Source: Antedon mediterranea
Taxonomy: Eukaryota; Animalia; Echinodermata
Assembly (NCBI RefSeq): GCF_964355755.1
Contig: NC_092672.1
Coordinates: 29,332,437-29,396,436 of the forward strand
Length of the DNA stretch: 64,000 bases
Direction: 5' to 3'
Part shown: one piece after another, positions 12,765-24,072 of the stretch
Layout: each line of letters starts with the position of its first letter
Position numbering within the stretch: the first letter of the stretch is position 1
The notes under the pieces: model-generated
Told to the model about the DNA's origin: nothing
What the model saw: only the letters and a program-made list of their open reading frames with translations
Database searches by the model: none
Program-made: the position numbers and the translations under genes

Positions 12765-13129
12765 AGGGAGGTTTCGCAACCTTACGAATACGATAACGAC
12801 GAAAATACATTTGAATCAGATATGATTCATGATTATAATATAATTATAGATTTATTGAAAGTAATTTACTAAAGTAATTTACTAAAATGCCAAGTCAATT
12901 TTGATAAATAGCAGTTTTTAAAGTCCTCACTCGCTTTGATGTTACGCTAGGCCTAGGCAGCCAAGCACCAAGCAACACGTGTACCTGCGCTTCGCTCAAA
13001 TTTACCGCAGTCATATTTTGGACGCGCCTCAATATTTCGTTGCCATGCGAAACAGATTTTTTTATGGCTTACGAAAACGAATACGTATCCGCTTTCGTTA
13101 TCGTATTCGTAAGATTGCGAAACCTCCCT
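12765..13129. mobile_element. Internally deleted copy of the AGGGAG-TIR MITE
   Basis: Near-identical to 3596-4092 apart from a deletion of about 135 bp; AT flanks. Confidence 0.8.
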
Positions 13130-13502
13130 ATTCTCGTTTGTTTTACGGTAAAGTGTCCCACCCAAAGGAGGTGTTTCACTATATATTTAATGTATACCTC
13201 TGAGCTCTGTCTACACTATCAAACTATACTATCATATATGAACATTATGATGTCATATTACTACCATATTTAAGTATATCACTACCATATTTGGGAACAT
13301 CACAATTTTATTTGTCAAACCAGTTAAGATAGCTTTATGCATTATTCCGATTTATAATTTTCTGAGCATCGGAAATGTTGTTTATATTCGACCTCATTGG
13401 ATAGAATGGAGTGTTTTACCATAAAAAAAGGCGGGGTTTGTGTTTTAGGCCTACTTCGTGTTACTGCATTTTACAGTAAGTCCAACAAACATGGGTAAAT
13501 AA

Positions 13503-13510
13503 TGACGTCA
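13503..13510. promoter_or_regulatory. Perfect CRE palindrome TGACGTCA about 155 bp upstream of the avidin-domain gene ATG
   Basis: Motif match and position only. Confidence 0.35.
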
Positions 13511-13664
13511 GTTAATAATCTTAATCATAATCTGGCACACCAAAGTAGTTGATGTTTCTATCAGTCGGTAAATATTAGAACATGATAAAAACACAACAAC
13601 GCAAAGTCAACGGTAACTTAGTGTTTGTATCTGTAGTCGACAGATTGAGAGACAGGTTACAAAA

Positions 13665-16600
13665 ATGGCGAGGTGTAGGTCTACTCTGATTTTTCTATTT
13701 ATTTTCTGTTCGTTGTTTATGGAAGCTAGAGGTGCAGCCAAGGCCCAAGGTAAATATATGTTTCTTAACTATTTTAAACGAATGATCATTTCTTTTTGCG
13801 GTTTCATTTTTTTTTTTAAAGTTTCCCATTTTAAATGTACAAGAGATAGGCTACTTGTGAAGCGTCCATATGATTCATCTCCGGTAGACCAAATGTTTTA
13901 AGCCATACTCACAGTTCTTCATTGTGAACAGTTTTTCCCCGATACTGTGAGAAAAACAAAGTAGGCCTACAATTAAGACGACGTCTCAAAGTAATACTTT
14001 CAGATAGGATCTTGACCCACCTGGATTACCATGTTTAGTAAATCTGTGCAAAAACACTGTACAGAACAAATTATGGATAGGCCTACAATATGACAATGCC
14101 TATGAAGGATGTTCTGGCCGAAGTCCATTTATTTCATCACCGAAATAATAGTAGGCGTCAAACGAAAATCTCAGACAGCATCGTATACGACGTTTGCCCG
14201 ACGAGTCGTCTCGTGAAACATGTTTGAAGTTCTCCTGACGACATAAAACTACTACTACTACCCACTACTACAGTATCTCAAGACGACTTGTCTCGTCGGG
14301 ATCGTAGTACCTATCGTCTGTGAAAACAGCAGTTACATTAAATGTATTTCCTCCCTCTTTTAAGCTTGCAAGGAACCAATTTCGAAGAATGATCCCAAGA
14401 ATGGTTACCACGCTAACTTCCACACAGGAGCGAAAGTAACTAAATATCCCGTACCGATTGGGACTACGATTGAGTTCAAATGTAACCCGGGGTACACACT
14501 ATTGGTGAAACAAGGGTCACAAAGAGTTACCTGTGACCAAACTCCAAAGTGGTACCCACCCGGTAATATCAAAGTGGTATGCAAAGGTAAGTGAGCTACC
14601 TGTACCTTTGTTTTGTCACCCGGACTCCATTTCCACCGGAAACTTTTAACTTGTTATATTTTTCATTACAAAATCTTCATTTGTATTGTGTCGATGTGTT
14701 CAGTAAACAATGTATGAAGTAACCCACTGACCAATTCAATTCGTGGTAATACACTGTTGTTGGTGTAGCTTCTGTCGATTACAAATATGTTGAGAATTGA
14801 ACCAGTCTATTTATAATATATGTATTGCTCTAAAAATACTTTTTAAAGAGAGAAGCACTTTAGAGAGATAAACTTTAAAAAAAGATTCGGTTACTGTACT
14901 CGTATATATGATGAAAGTTATAACTATTTTTATTTCGTTTACAATGCTAGCCGACTGTAATGAGCCAATTACCCCAATCTACGGGACGTACTTGGGCAGC
15001 ACTAAGCACGGGTCATCCGTGGACATCGTCTGCGATCCTGGCTACTATCTAACAGGCCCGTCTTCGGCAACTTGTGACAACGGCAAGTGGATATATAATG
15101 GCGATAGCAAAGGCACTTCAACTTGTACAGGTATTGTAGGCCTACTTACTAACGTTTACATGTGTCAAAAATGACTGAACCATTGTTAAATGTTTGTCTA
15201 TGGACGTTCAGCAAGAGTCCGAGATCAATATATAAAAAAAATATCCGATAGTGGAATGGAGAAACAGCGCAGACGATAGACGCTTAGTGCGTCCAGATGA
15301 TGACATCATAATATATGTCCGTAAATGCTGTAAGTTAATCTGTTTCTTCAACGACCGGTTACTTAATTACGACTTTTTATTCGTCTTCTAGATATTGACG
15401 AATGTGCCTCTAACCCATGCCTCAATGGAGCCGTGTGTGCCAATCTGGAGAACTCGTACCATTGCCGGTGTCCTCCACTTTACTCGGGTCCAAATTGTGA
15501 AATACGTAAGTTGAATTGTTCATTTCTTTTAGACGAATATTAGCAAAAATGGTATGGCGTTTTTCGAAGCCGTACAATAATAATGTAGGCGATTTTGACA
15601 ATTCTCAATTGTGCCAGCGAAAGTGAAGAAAACACAGACTACGTAGGCCTACTGAGACCTACATAATGTTGAGATTATTTTAAGATCGTTAAGCTCCTGT
15701 TTTTTTTTATTTTTCAGTTGCTGAGGGTTGCGCTTCGTCTCCTTGTATCAATGACGGTACCTGCCTAGACCAAGGCAACAACCAATACCAATGCGCCTGC
15801 CAAGAAGGCTATAGTGGTACTAACTGTGATGTCGGTAAGAAAGGAACAATTAATATTTAAACGTTTTGGCATACCATACTTAGCAGTTATCCTTTTTTGT
15901 GTAGGCCTATGTGTTCTCATTTAAGATTCACTTTATTTTAGTGAATATTGTGAATAAGTACGTAACATAATGGATACAGTGAGGTCAGACATTAGGGAGC
16001 TTTCGCTTTGCTACAGTAGTGACCTTTCGATTTGCTAGTGACCTTTCGATTTGTTAGTGACCTTTCGATTTGTTAGTGACCTTTCGCTTTGCTAGTGACC
16101 TTTCGATTTGCTAGTGACCTTTCGCTTTGCTAGTGACCTTTCGCTTTGCTAGTGACCTTTCGCTTTGCTAGTTACCTTCCGATTTGCTAGTGACCACTTG
16201 AAACCTAAAATACCATCAAAAGTGGGAAAAGCGAGGAAACACGTTCCAATATTCCCGCGCATAGTGACTACTCATGACGTATTTGGGTCAACCCATTATT
16301 ATATAAGGGGGTTTTCACACTACATTACTCATGACGTATTTGGTCGTCGATCATCGCAAATCAAAAGCTCCCTAGAGGCAAATTAGTAATATATACCCAT
16401 ACACAATAAGTTTCAAGTTTCCCTAATATTTAGGCCCCAGCCACCATCTATAGGCATATTGTATATCTATATCGTTTTTAATTGTTTTTTTATCGTTGCC
16501 AAAGTACACTTTTTTATTTTTGACTTAATAATAATTTGTTTTCTGCAGTCCATCACTGTCCACTGGAGGGTGTATGGTATAATGCCAAAGGGGCTGAACT

Positions 16601-18532
16601 CAACTTGACAAAAACACCGTCACAAAGTGAAATCATGGGAACAATCAGAAGCGAACAGGATGTTACAAGTGGCCACTCGTGTAAGTTGTTTTGGAGACTT
16701 AGGTCAATTATTAATATTAATTATCCGTTATTTTTTCATTTCATTTAATTATTTATTTGGTCTATTTCAGTATACACATAACAAAAAAAAATTAAATTGG
16801 GGAGTAAGTAAACTTAATCACTGTAGTTGAGCCGGTTGACCCAACCCCAAAGTCAGTTTACACATAAAAGACAAAATACAGTTAGGCCTAAAGCGAATCA
16901 AAATAAATGTGAACTTTTCTAATGAAGGCTGATGATATCATATGACTATTTGCGATTTAACCATATAGGTCTACGTGTTTTATTTAAGCAAGGCAATCTT
17001 ATAACACTGAGCTCGCCATAACAAGATAGGAACGCGTAACAGTCATTTGATCTTATGTCTGACTGCGACAAATACCACTGTACTATTCATATTCTCCGCG
17101 GCGCGTGGTGTCTATCAACGGGCGTGGAACTTATTGTGTCGCCGCCACAGATAAACCATTTGATCTATGGAGCTCAGCATTCTGTTGTTGGATTGCCTTT
17201 ATTTAAGTAAGGGCGTATGGCGCAGTATGTTGGACGTTTAACTACTGTTCGTGAGATCGTGGATTCGAATCCAACGCTCGTCGCATTCATTGCAATGCAC
17301 TTTACTTACGTTTGGCTCTCTCCACTCAGGTGTATAAATGAGTACCTGGTTAGGTCAAGATACAATTGCGCTGATTACTAGCTGCATTATGGGAGTATGT
17401 TTCCATACGCGCTATATGTATAGCGCTTAGATGTTTCACAAACTTAGGCGTTTTTTAAATCTATGATACTAGGCCTATTACTTTAAATATTTTTATATTT
17501 TAGCACCGACTATCATAGCCGGTTATGCAGCCAAAAACATGCAGTACATTACATTTGGCTATACAACCGTACGCAATAATGGTGAGACAACCGTAAGCTG
17601 GACCGGGCAGTGCTATCCGTGTAACGGGCAGGATGTACTGTTTACAACGAATGTCGAAACCGATAGAATGAATGCATGCCATGACCATAAGATGTCTAGC
17701 AGGTAGGCCTGGCCCAATGTGCTCACTTCATTATTCTTGGTTCCAACTAGATGCGCAACGTAAGGGCAACGTAAGTGATTTGGCCAACCATAAGCGATGG
17801 ATTATTGGACCTGTCGCTTGTCATTGGTCAACTCGCTTGTGGTGTTTCTCTAGCGTGAACCAAGCTAGCTGTAGGCATTTCTCCCCTTGAGAGCGAGCGC
17901 AGCATAAACTTGCATTTACGTTTTACTAACATCATAACATACTAAAGCGTGGTTCCCACTAGCGACGCAACGTAACGCAACGCAGCGACGTATTGACGCA
18001 AAGTGCTGTATTGCCTAAAGTCATAACATACTTAATTAACTTGCTTTTATGTATTTCCATACCATACAATCCAAAGGAATAACACAGAAAAAAAGTTAAT
18101 ATTGTACCAGTAAAAGCACTCGAAAAAATACGATAATTGTCCTTGCGACTAATTTGTAAACACACAACCGACTTTGAATGCCAAGTTATTTTATTGTTCT
18201 TACACGGCAATTCAGCGTAACATTTGTAAAAAGAAGTACTTTGGCACACATGGCGTGCCATACCTATACTTTAGCATGAATTTAGTTTTGAAAAAGAATG
18301 CGGTACTACTAAGTCTACCTTCTTAGGCCAAACAGTTAGAGGTACGACACCAGGACAATTATTTCATTTAGATAGTAGGCCTAAACTCACTGTTATAATA
18401 ATTATATTGTAGTCTTTTTCTCTGAATTAATTAAAGATTTTGTTTTCCCACAGAGTACAAGAAGATACATGGACACGTGTTGCTCCGCTTTATAAGCAGC
18501 CTGGACCCACAGTCCAACAAGCTTTACCATAA
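13665..18532 (+). CDS. Secreted fibropellin-like protein: signal peptide, 2 Sushi/CCP, 2 EGF, avidin-like domain (375 aa)
   Basis: Exons 13665-13749, 14365-14586, 14951-15130, 15392-15505, 15718-15834, 16549-16680, 17504-17702, 18454-18532 (TAA); 1128 nt, all GT-AG. Sushi: C..FKCNPGY..C....W..C and [22 protein letters not shown]. Ca-binding EGF: [16 protein letters not shown]. Avidin: CPLEGVWYN...[29 protein letters not shown]...EDTWTR, like the recalled fibropellin C-terminus. Confidence 0.9.
15994..16373. mobile_element. AGGGAGCTTT-TIR MITE containing a 19-bp tandem array (CTTTCGMTTTGCTAGTGAC, about 10 copies, 16000-16195)
   Basis: Ends AGGGAGCTTT / AAAGCTCCCT; the array extends from the left TIR. 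Confidence 0.7.
17210..17470 (+). mobile_element. tRNA-derived SINE (family A copy)
   Basis: TGGCGCAGTATG...GGATTCGAATCC head and CTCTCTCCACTCAGGTGTATAAATGAGTACC core. Confidence 0.75.
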
Positions 18533-19608
18533 ACTGCGGCAATCAGCTTAAAATCATGATGTGTGTTGATTTAAATTCACGTTCTATCGTAAGCCTACAG
18601 TCTATGCTAATGATACTTTAACATAAATTAGGCCTATTTTGGAAATTAAATTATTCTCTAAAATACGAAAGTCAGTCGTTATTTGTTGTTATATCACAAC
18701 TTTAATTATAATAATGTGTAACCTACAAAAAAGTAGAGGATCGTCTCCCGGTGTGCTTATCTGATCTGAGTAGGAACTGCACGGCTGACGATTTTTTCTG
18801 TACGGCAGTTCCTCAATCGGTTCGTTTCGGGCTCAATCGGTTCGTTTCGGGCTCAATCTACTCGCATTTACCTTTAATAGTTATGCTGTACTACATGTCA
18901 ACTATGGCATGATAAAGTCACACGAAATGAAATTAAACACAATTTATAATCTGTTTTAATTGATGTAGGCCTCTTTTAATTACCTATTTGCTGCTGTTTG
19001 TAGTGAGGCCTAATGGTACCACCCAGGCACATAGCATACATTGTAAACAGGATCAGTCAGTCTGTCGGATGTTTTTATAAGCTATGAAGTATTGCGACAA
19101 AAATATATTATATTTGGCCAAAATCTAAACAAAAAATCGATGGTGATATAAATTCACAGGATGCAATTTTGATTTTTAGGTGAGGTTAGTCGGGAAATAT
19201 ATTTTTAGGCCTGTATTTTTCGGTCTATATTAAGGTCACAGGCGTTTTAATTCCGACATTCATCGCGCGCGGATGGATAATTTTTGTGCAATTTTAACTT
19301 GAAGGGAAAAAATTACTTTTATATTTTACATTTTCCTGCTGTCTTTATTCAACCAATTTGCATTATGTTTTTATGATTATTTTGAGTTTGATTGCTTTGA
19401 GTTTTAGCAATTAATTCATTTTCATTTCATTTTTATAGAAAAAAAATTAAGTTGAAGGGGAAAACAAAGTTTGTAATATAGGTCTTTAAAACACAACATC
19501 AACAACCCATTGCAAAATTATGCATTTCTAAATAATACATAATAGACCTATATATACATTTCTAAATTGTTTATACTACCAAGCTATCTTCGTTATTTTC
19601 TACTCTAA

Positions 19609-19883
19609 AGCGTGGTTCCCACTAGCGACGCAACATAAGGACGTAACGCAACGCAAGTTAATTGACCAATCACAAGCGATGGCTTATTCGCTTGTGATTG
19701 CTTAAGCGTGGTTCCCACTAGCGACGCAACACAAGGACGTAACGCAACGTAAGTTAATTGACCAATCACAAGCGATGGCTTATTCGCTTGTGATTGCTAC
19801 ATGTCTATAACTTCGCTTGTCATTGGTTAAAACGCTTGCGTTGCGTTTACGTCCTTGCGTTACGTTCTAGTGGGAACCAAGCT
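19609..19883. mobile_element. Harbinger-like MITE (TIR AGCGTGGTTCCCACTAG) with duplicated left arm
   Basis: TIRs with TAA/TTA flanks; the left end is repeated at about 19705. Related copies at about 17737-17868 and from 17947. Confidence 0.75.
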
Positions 19884-19982
19884 TTACTCTCTTCACCCTC
19901 TGTCCCCCGTCTGTGTCGCCTTTGTTTTTTTTTGTATTCCAGTTGACTCATTTTTTTATTCTTAAAATGTGAGTAATCTCAC

Positions 19983-20023
19983 TTGCATTGATGAGGGCTA
20001 GTGTTGCCCGAAAGCTCTGCTAA
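19983..20023 (+). ncRNA. Minimal type I hammerhead ribozyme motif (Penelope-like element terminus)
   Basis: GCA-TTGATGA-GGGC(TAGTGTT)GCCC-GAAAGCTC-TGC: core boxes, 4-bp stem II, palindromic AGCT stem III, CUC cleavage triplet, short stem I; position C3 is U. Confidence 0.55.
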
Positions 20024-20119
20024 TTCTTCTGGCTTTTGTTTGTATCTCTATTGAGATCCAGCCACTGATACCCACAGCATTGTCATTGTTCATTTATTTT
20101 CCTTTGGATTAATATATAA

Positions 20120-22587
20120 TATATAGGCCTATATAAGTATATAGATTGTTTTCTTTCCAAACAACGTTATGCATACTACTCAATCGCAGCTTTGGATTAG
20201 AAAAAAAAAAATGTACGGTACGCTTGTATCAATGATGTCCGTTCGTTGATGTCATTGTAGCCGTTGGCAACTGCGGATGTCTGATATTTTGTCAGTATAT
20301 TGTAAATATTTTTTCTTATTCCTGTATCGAGTATCAAACGGGTTTTCCCCCACATTTGATTCTCTTTAATCTTTATTTTGATTAAATCGCTTAGGTTAGT
20401 TATAATGTTATAGTACAGAAGTGGCTAGTACTATAATACGGATAACATCAACAGCGTATTTGACAACGTATTATTAGAGATGTACGCGATTTCGGAAACT
20501 GAACAATTTCAAGATTTACGATATAGCCGCGCGCGCTCGTCGTGCAGCCGTCACCGTAAATTGCTGTGACGTCAAAATCTACCTCATGAGTGTTGTTAAC
20601 ATACAAGAGATATTACCTGTAATTTTAATTTCTAATTTGACCTGCATTTGCCAAAATGTTTAGTCTGTTATTTATCATAATCGATCATAAGGGAGTTGTG
20701 ATCACTTACGAGAGGTGATCGATTATGAGAATCGGTCCCTTACGAGGTGGTTGATTATGAGAAGTGGCCCCTTAACTGGTCATTCAATAGAGGCGGTCAC
20801 TTACGAGAGGTTGTTACGGGAGGTGGTCGATTATTAAGAAGCGGTCACTTAAGAGAGATGGTTGCTTACGCTGTGTGGTTGTTTTAGAAAGTTGGTCGGT
20901 TACGAAAGGTGGATAGACTGATAAAGAGATGCACATGCACATGATTTAGAAATAGGTTTGCAAAATATGTAATATTTTCTGCATTAGCTGGCGCTAATAA
21001 CTACGGTACCGTACATTAGATGCGAGGCAATTTTCGTTATTGTTGATCCCGTTTTACATTAGCTGGTAGAGCGTTTTCTACATTAGCGGTTGTAACACTG
21101 CTCCCTCAAAGAAAGAAAAAGAAGCCGAATTAAAACTACAATAAGGCATTCGATATCGATTAACCAATGGGTTCCTTTTCTAATTTCCCCACCTGCTTGC
21201 CTTTTTTTTTAATTTAACGTAATGTGCCCAATCCTCCTCAGTGCTGTATCGCTATATACTACTTCAGTATCATGGCAAAATGTAGTAATACACCATCTTA
21301 TGTGTATTACATTGTGGTGCTTGTTTCGACATTAAATAAAATAATGTATATAGGCCTATATAAGTATATAGTTTGTTTTTTTTTCCAAACAACGTTATGC
21401 ATACTCAATCGCAGCTTTGGATTAGAAAAAAAATATGTACGGTACGCCTGTATCAATGATGTCCGTTCGTTGATGTCATTGTAGCCGTTGGCAACTGCGG
21501 ATGTCTGATATTTTGTCCGTATATTGTAAATATTTTTTCTTATTCCTGTATCGAGTATCAAATGGGTTTTCCCCCACATTTGATTCTCTTTAATCTTTAT
21601 TTTGATTAAATCGCTTAGGTTAGTTATAATGTTATAGTACAGAAGTGGCTAGTACTATAATACGGATAACATCAACAGCGTATTTGACAACGTATTATTA
21701 GAGATGTACGCGATTTCGGAAACTGAACAATTTCAAGATTTACGATATCGCCGCGCGCGCTCGTCGTGCAGCCGTCGCCGTAAATTGCTGTGATGTCAAA
21801 ATCTACCTCATGAGTGTTGTTAACATACAAGAGATATTACCTGTAATTTTAATTTCTAATTTGACCTGCATTTGCCAAAATGTTTAGTCTGTTATTTATC
21901 ATAATCGATCATAAGGGAGTTGTGATCACTTACGAGAGGTGATCGATTATGAGAATCGGTCCCTTACGAGGTGGTTGATTATGAGAAGTGGCCCCTTAAC
22001 AGAGATGGTAGTCATTCAATAGAGGCGGTCACTTACGAGAGGTTGTTACGGGAGGTGGTCGATTATTAAGAAGCGGTCCCTTAAGAGAGATGGTTGCTTA
22101 CGCTGTGTGGTTGTTTTAGAAAGTTGGTCGCTTACGAAAGGTGGATAGACTGATAAAGAGATGCACATGCACATGATTTAGACATAGGTTTGCAAAATAT
22201 GTAATATTTTCTGCATTAGCTGGCGCTAATAACTACGGTACCGTACCGTACATTAGATGCGAGGCAATTTTCGTTATTGTTGATCCCGTTTTACTTTAGC
22301 TGGTAGGGCGTTTTCTACATTAGCGGTTGTAACACTGCTCCCTCGAAAGAAGAAAAAGAAGCCGAATTAAAACTACAATATACAGGCATTCGATATCGAT
22401 TAACCAATGGGTTCCTTTTCTAATTTCCCCACCTGCGTGCTTTTTTTTAAAATATAATGTAATGTGCCCAATCCTCGGTGCTGTATCGCTATATACTACT
22501 TCAGTATCATGGCAAAATGTAGTAATACACCATCTTATAATTATGTATTACACGTGGTGCTTGTTTCGACATTAAATAAAATAATGT
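20120..22587. repeat. Tandem segmental duplication, two copies of about 1.23 kb
   Basis: 20120-21347 and 21348-22587 are near-identical and both contain a GAGGTGGTCGCTTACG-type subrepeat block. Confidence 0.95.
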
Positions 22588-22641
22588 CAATGATCGGATA
22601 CTGGATACATTTATACCGAGAATCTGGTGGCGTATGCTTAA

Positions 22642-23063
22642 AGATTTATTGTCTCTGAAAAAATAATTCATAAAGATGTTTGTGTTGAATATGCCATTTT
22701 AATGTCACATAACAGTCGGCCATTTTGATTAAAAAATGGATGAAAAAAAATGTTATTTAAAGCAAACAAGGTTGTAGACGCGTGCTAAAATTTGAGTTAG
22801 TGTTTACCGACCGACCATCCGACCAACCGACCGACATAGTGAGCTGTAGAGTCGCTTTACGCCAGCCGCCAGCCGCCAGCCAGTGAAGTTTTGGTTTAAT
22901 GTAACCATTTAATTTGCATTTTCATAAGTGAAAACATTATTTATTTATTGTTATTATTTTTTTTCTACCGAAGAGATTAACTTTATTAAAACTACATAAT
23001 GGTCTATTCATAGTCTGATTTTATTAACCTTCATTTTTCATGTTTTTTGGGGACAATACATCT
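22642..23063. mobile_element. Kolobok-like MITE (TTAA flanks, AGATGTATTGTCCC-type TIR) with a nested Helentron-like fragment
   Basis: The same 3' end (..GGGACAATACATCT|TTAA) occurs at about 31730-31826 and 47410-47484. Confidence 0.55.
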
Positions 23064-23145
23064 TAAACATTGTGTCTCATTTATACAAATGATCAAGCAA
23101 CCTTGCTAATACAATGGGAAGACTGATATTAAATAATAAGATCTA

Positions 23146-23635
23146 TGTCACGAACTCCTATTACGTAAGTTTCCGAGCGGTTGAAAATACTTTAGGATCT
23201 CTCTTGTGACATAAAAGTATACACAACAAAATCCACGAAGTTGTAAAATAACTCAAAAACAAGGCTTCAATTTCAATCAACTTCAACTTTCAACAATCCA
23301 GTACTTTAAACAACAGCTTCATATTAACTCTTACAATCTAATCTCCAACCTTCTTCAAAATCAAAAATTATTCCCCCTCCTTACAATTGTCATTCTTCCC
23401 CTTATATAAAATATGTTCATAACCTTCTAGATCATTCCCTATACTTCTTACTCTATTGGATTACAGTTTCTATTAATAGAAACTTCTGGAATGTTCCTGA
23501 TTTGTTGTTATATTAATTATACATGGTTTCTTAAATCTAAACATACTATTTTTAGCATGTTCATGTAGATTCTATGTTACTGTATATGTTAAGGAATAAT
23601 AATGTATTCCAATCTATCATATGACTTTTATGACA
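23146..23635. mobile_element. Possible solo LTR
   Basis: 490-bp segment bounded by TGTCA...TGACA with an internal TATA-like TATATAAG on the minus strand; no target-site duplication seen. Confidence 0.35.
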
Positions 23636-24072
23636 GAATATGGTAGGGATATGCCCAAATATGGTAGTGATATGACACTAAGATGGGCTCATTTTTGGGA
23701 TTCTTTTCGAAATGAATGCTGTAGATTTATGAATTGCTAATACAATAACAAATAAATTGTGTTATATAAACATTTCTCGACCACTAATTGTATATATTTT
23801 GCTTACGTAGCAGTTAATATTCATTGTAATTATTTTGTTGTCATTGGCAACTTCTGCACACTGTCTGATGTAAATATTTGGTCACTCTCGTACATTCTTG
23901 ATTTAAGTATCGAGTGGTTTATATTTCTCGCACACTTCGTTTGTTCTTGGATTTCTTAATCTTTATCGCTTTTTAAAAATAATAAAATCGCTTGTGTTAG
24001 TTCGGTTTATCCTTACTGTAAAAACATAAACTTACACACGTTTTCAAAGACTTGGAAAAGCGAGGCCAAGTA

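Noticed and set aside
18445-18452. Su(H) consensus TTCCCACA in the avidin gene
   Set aside because: It is the polypyrimidine tract and acceptor of the last exon.
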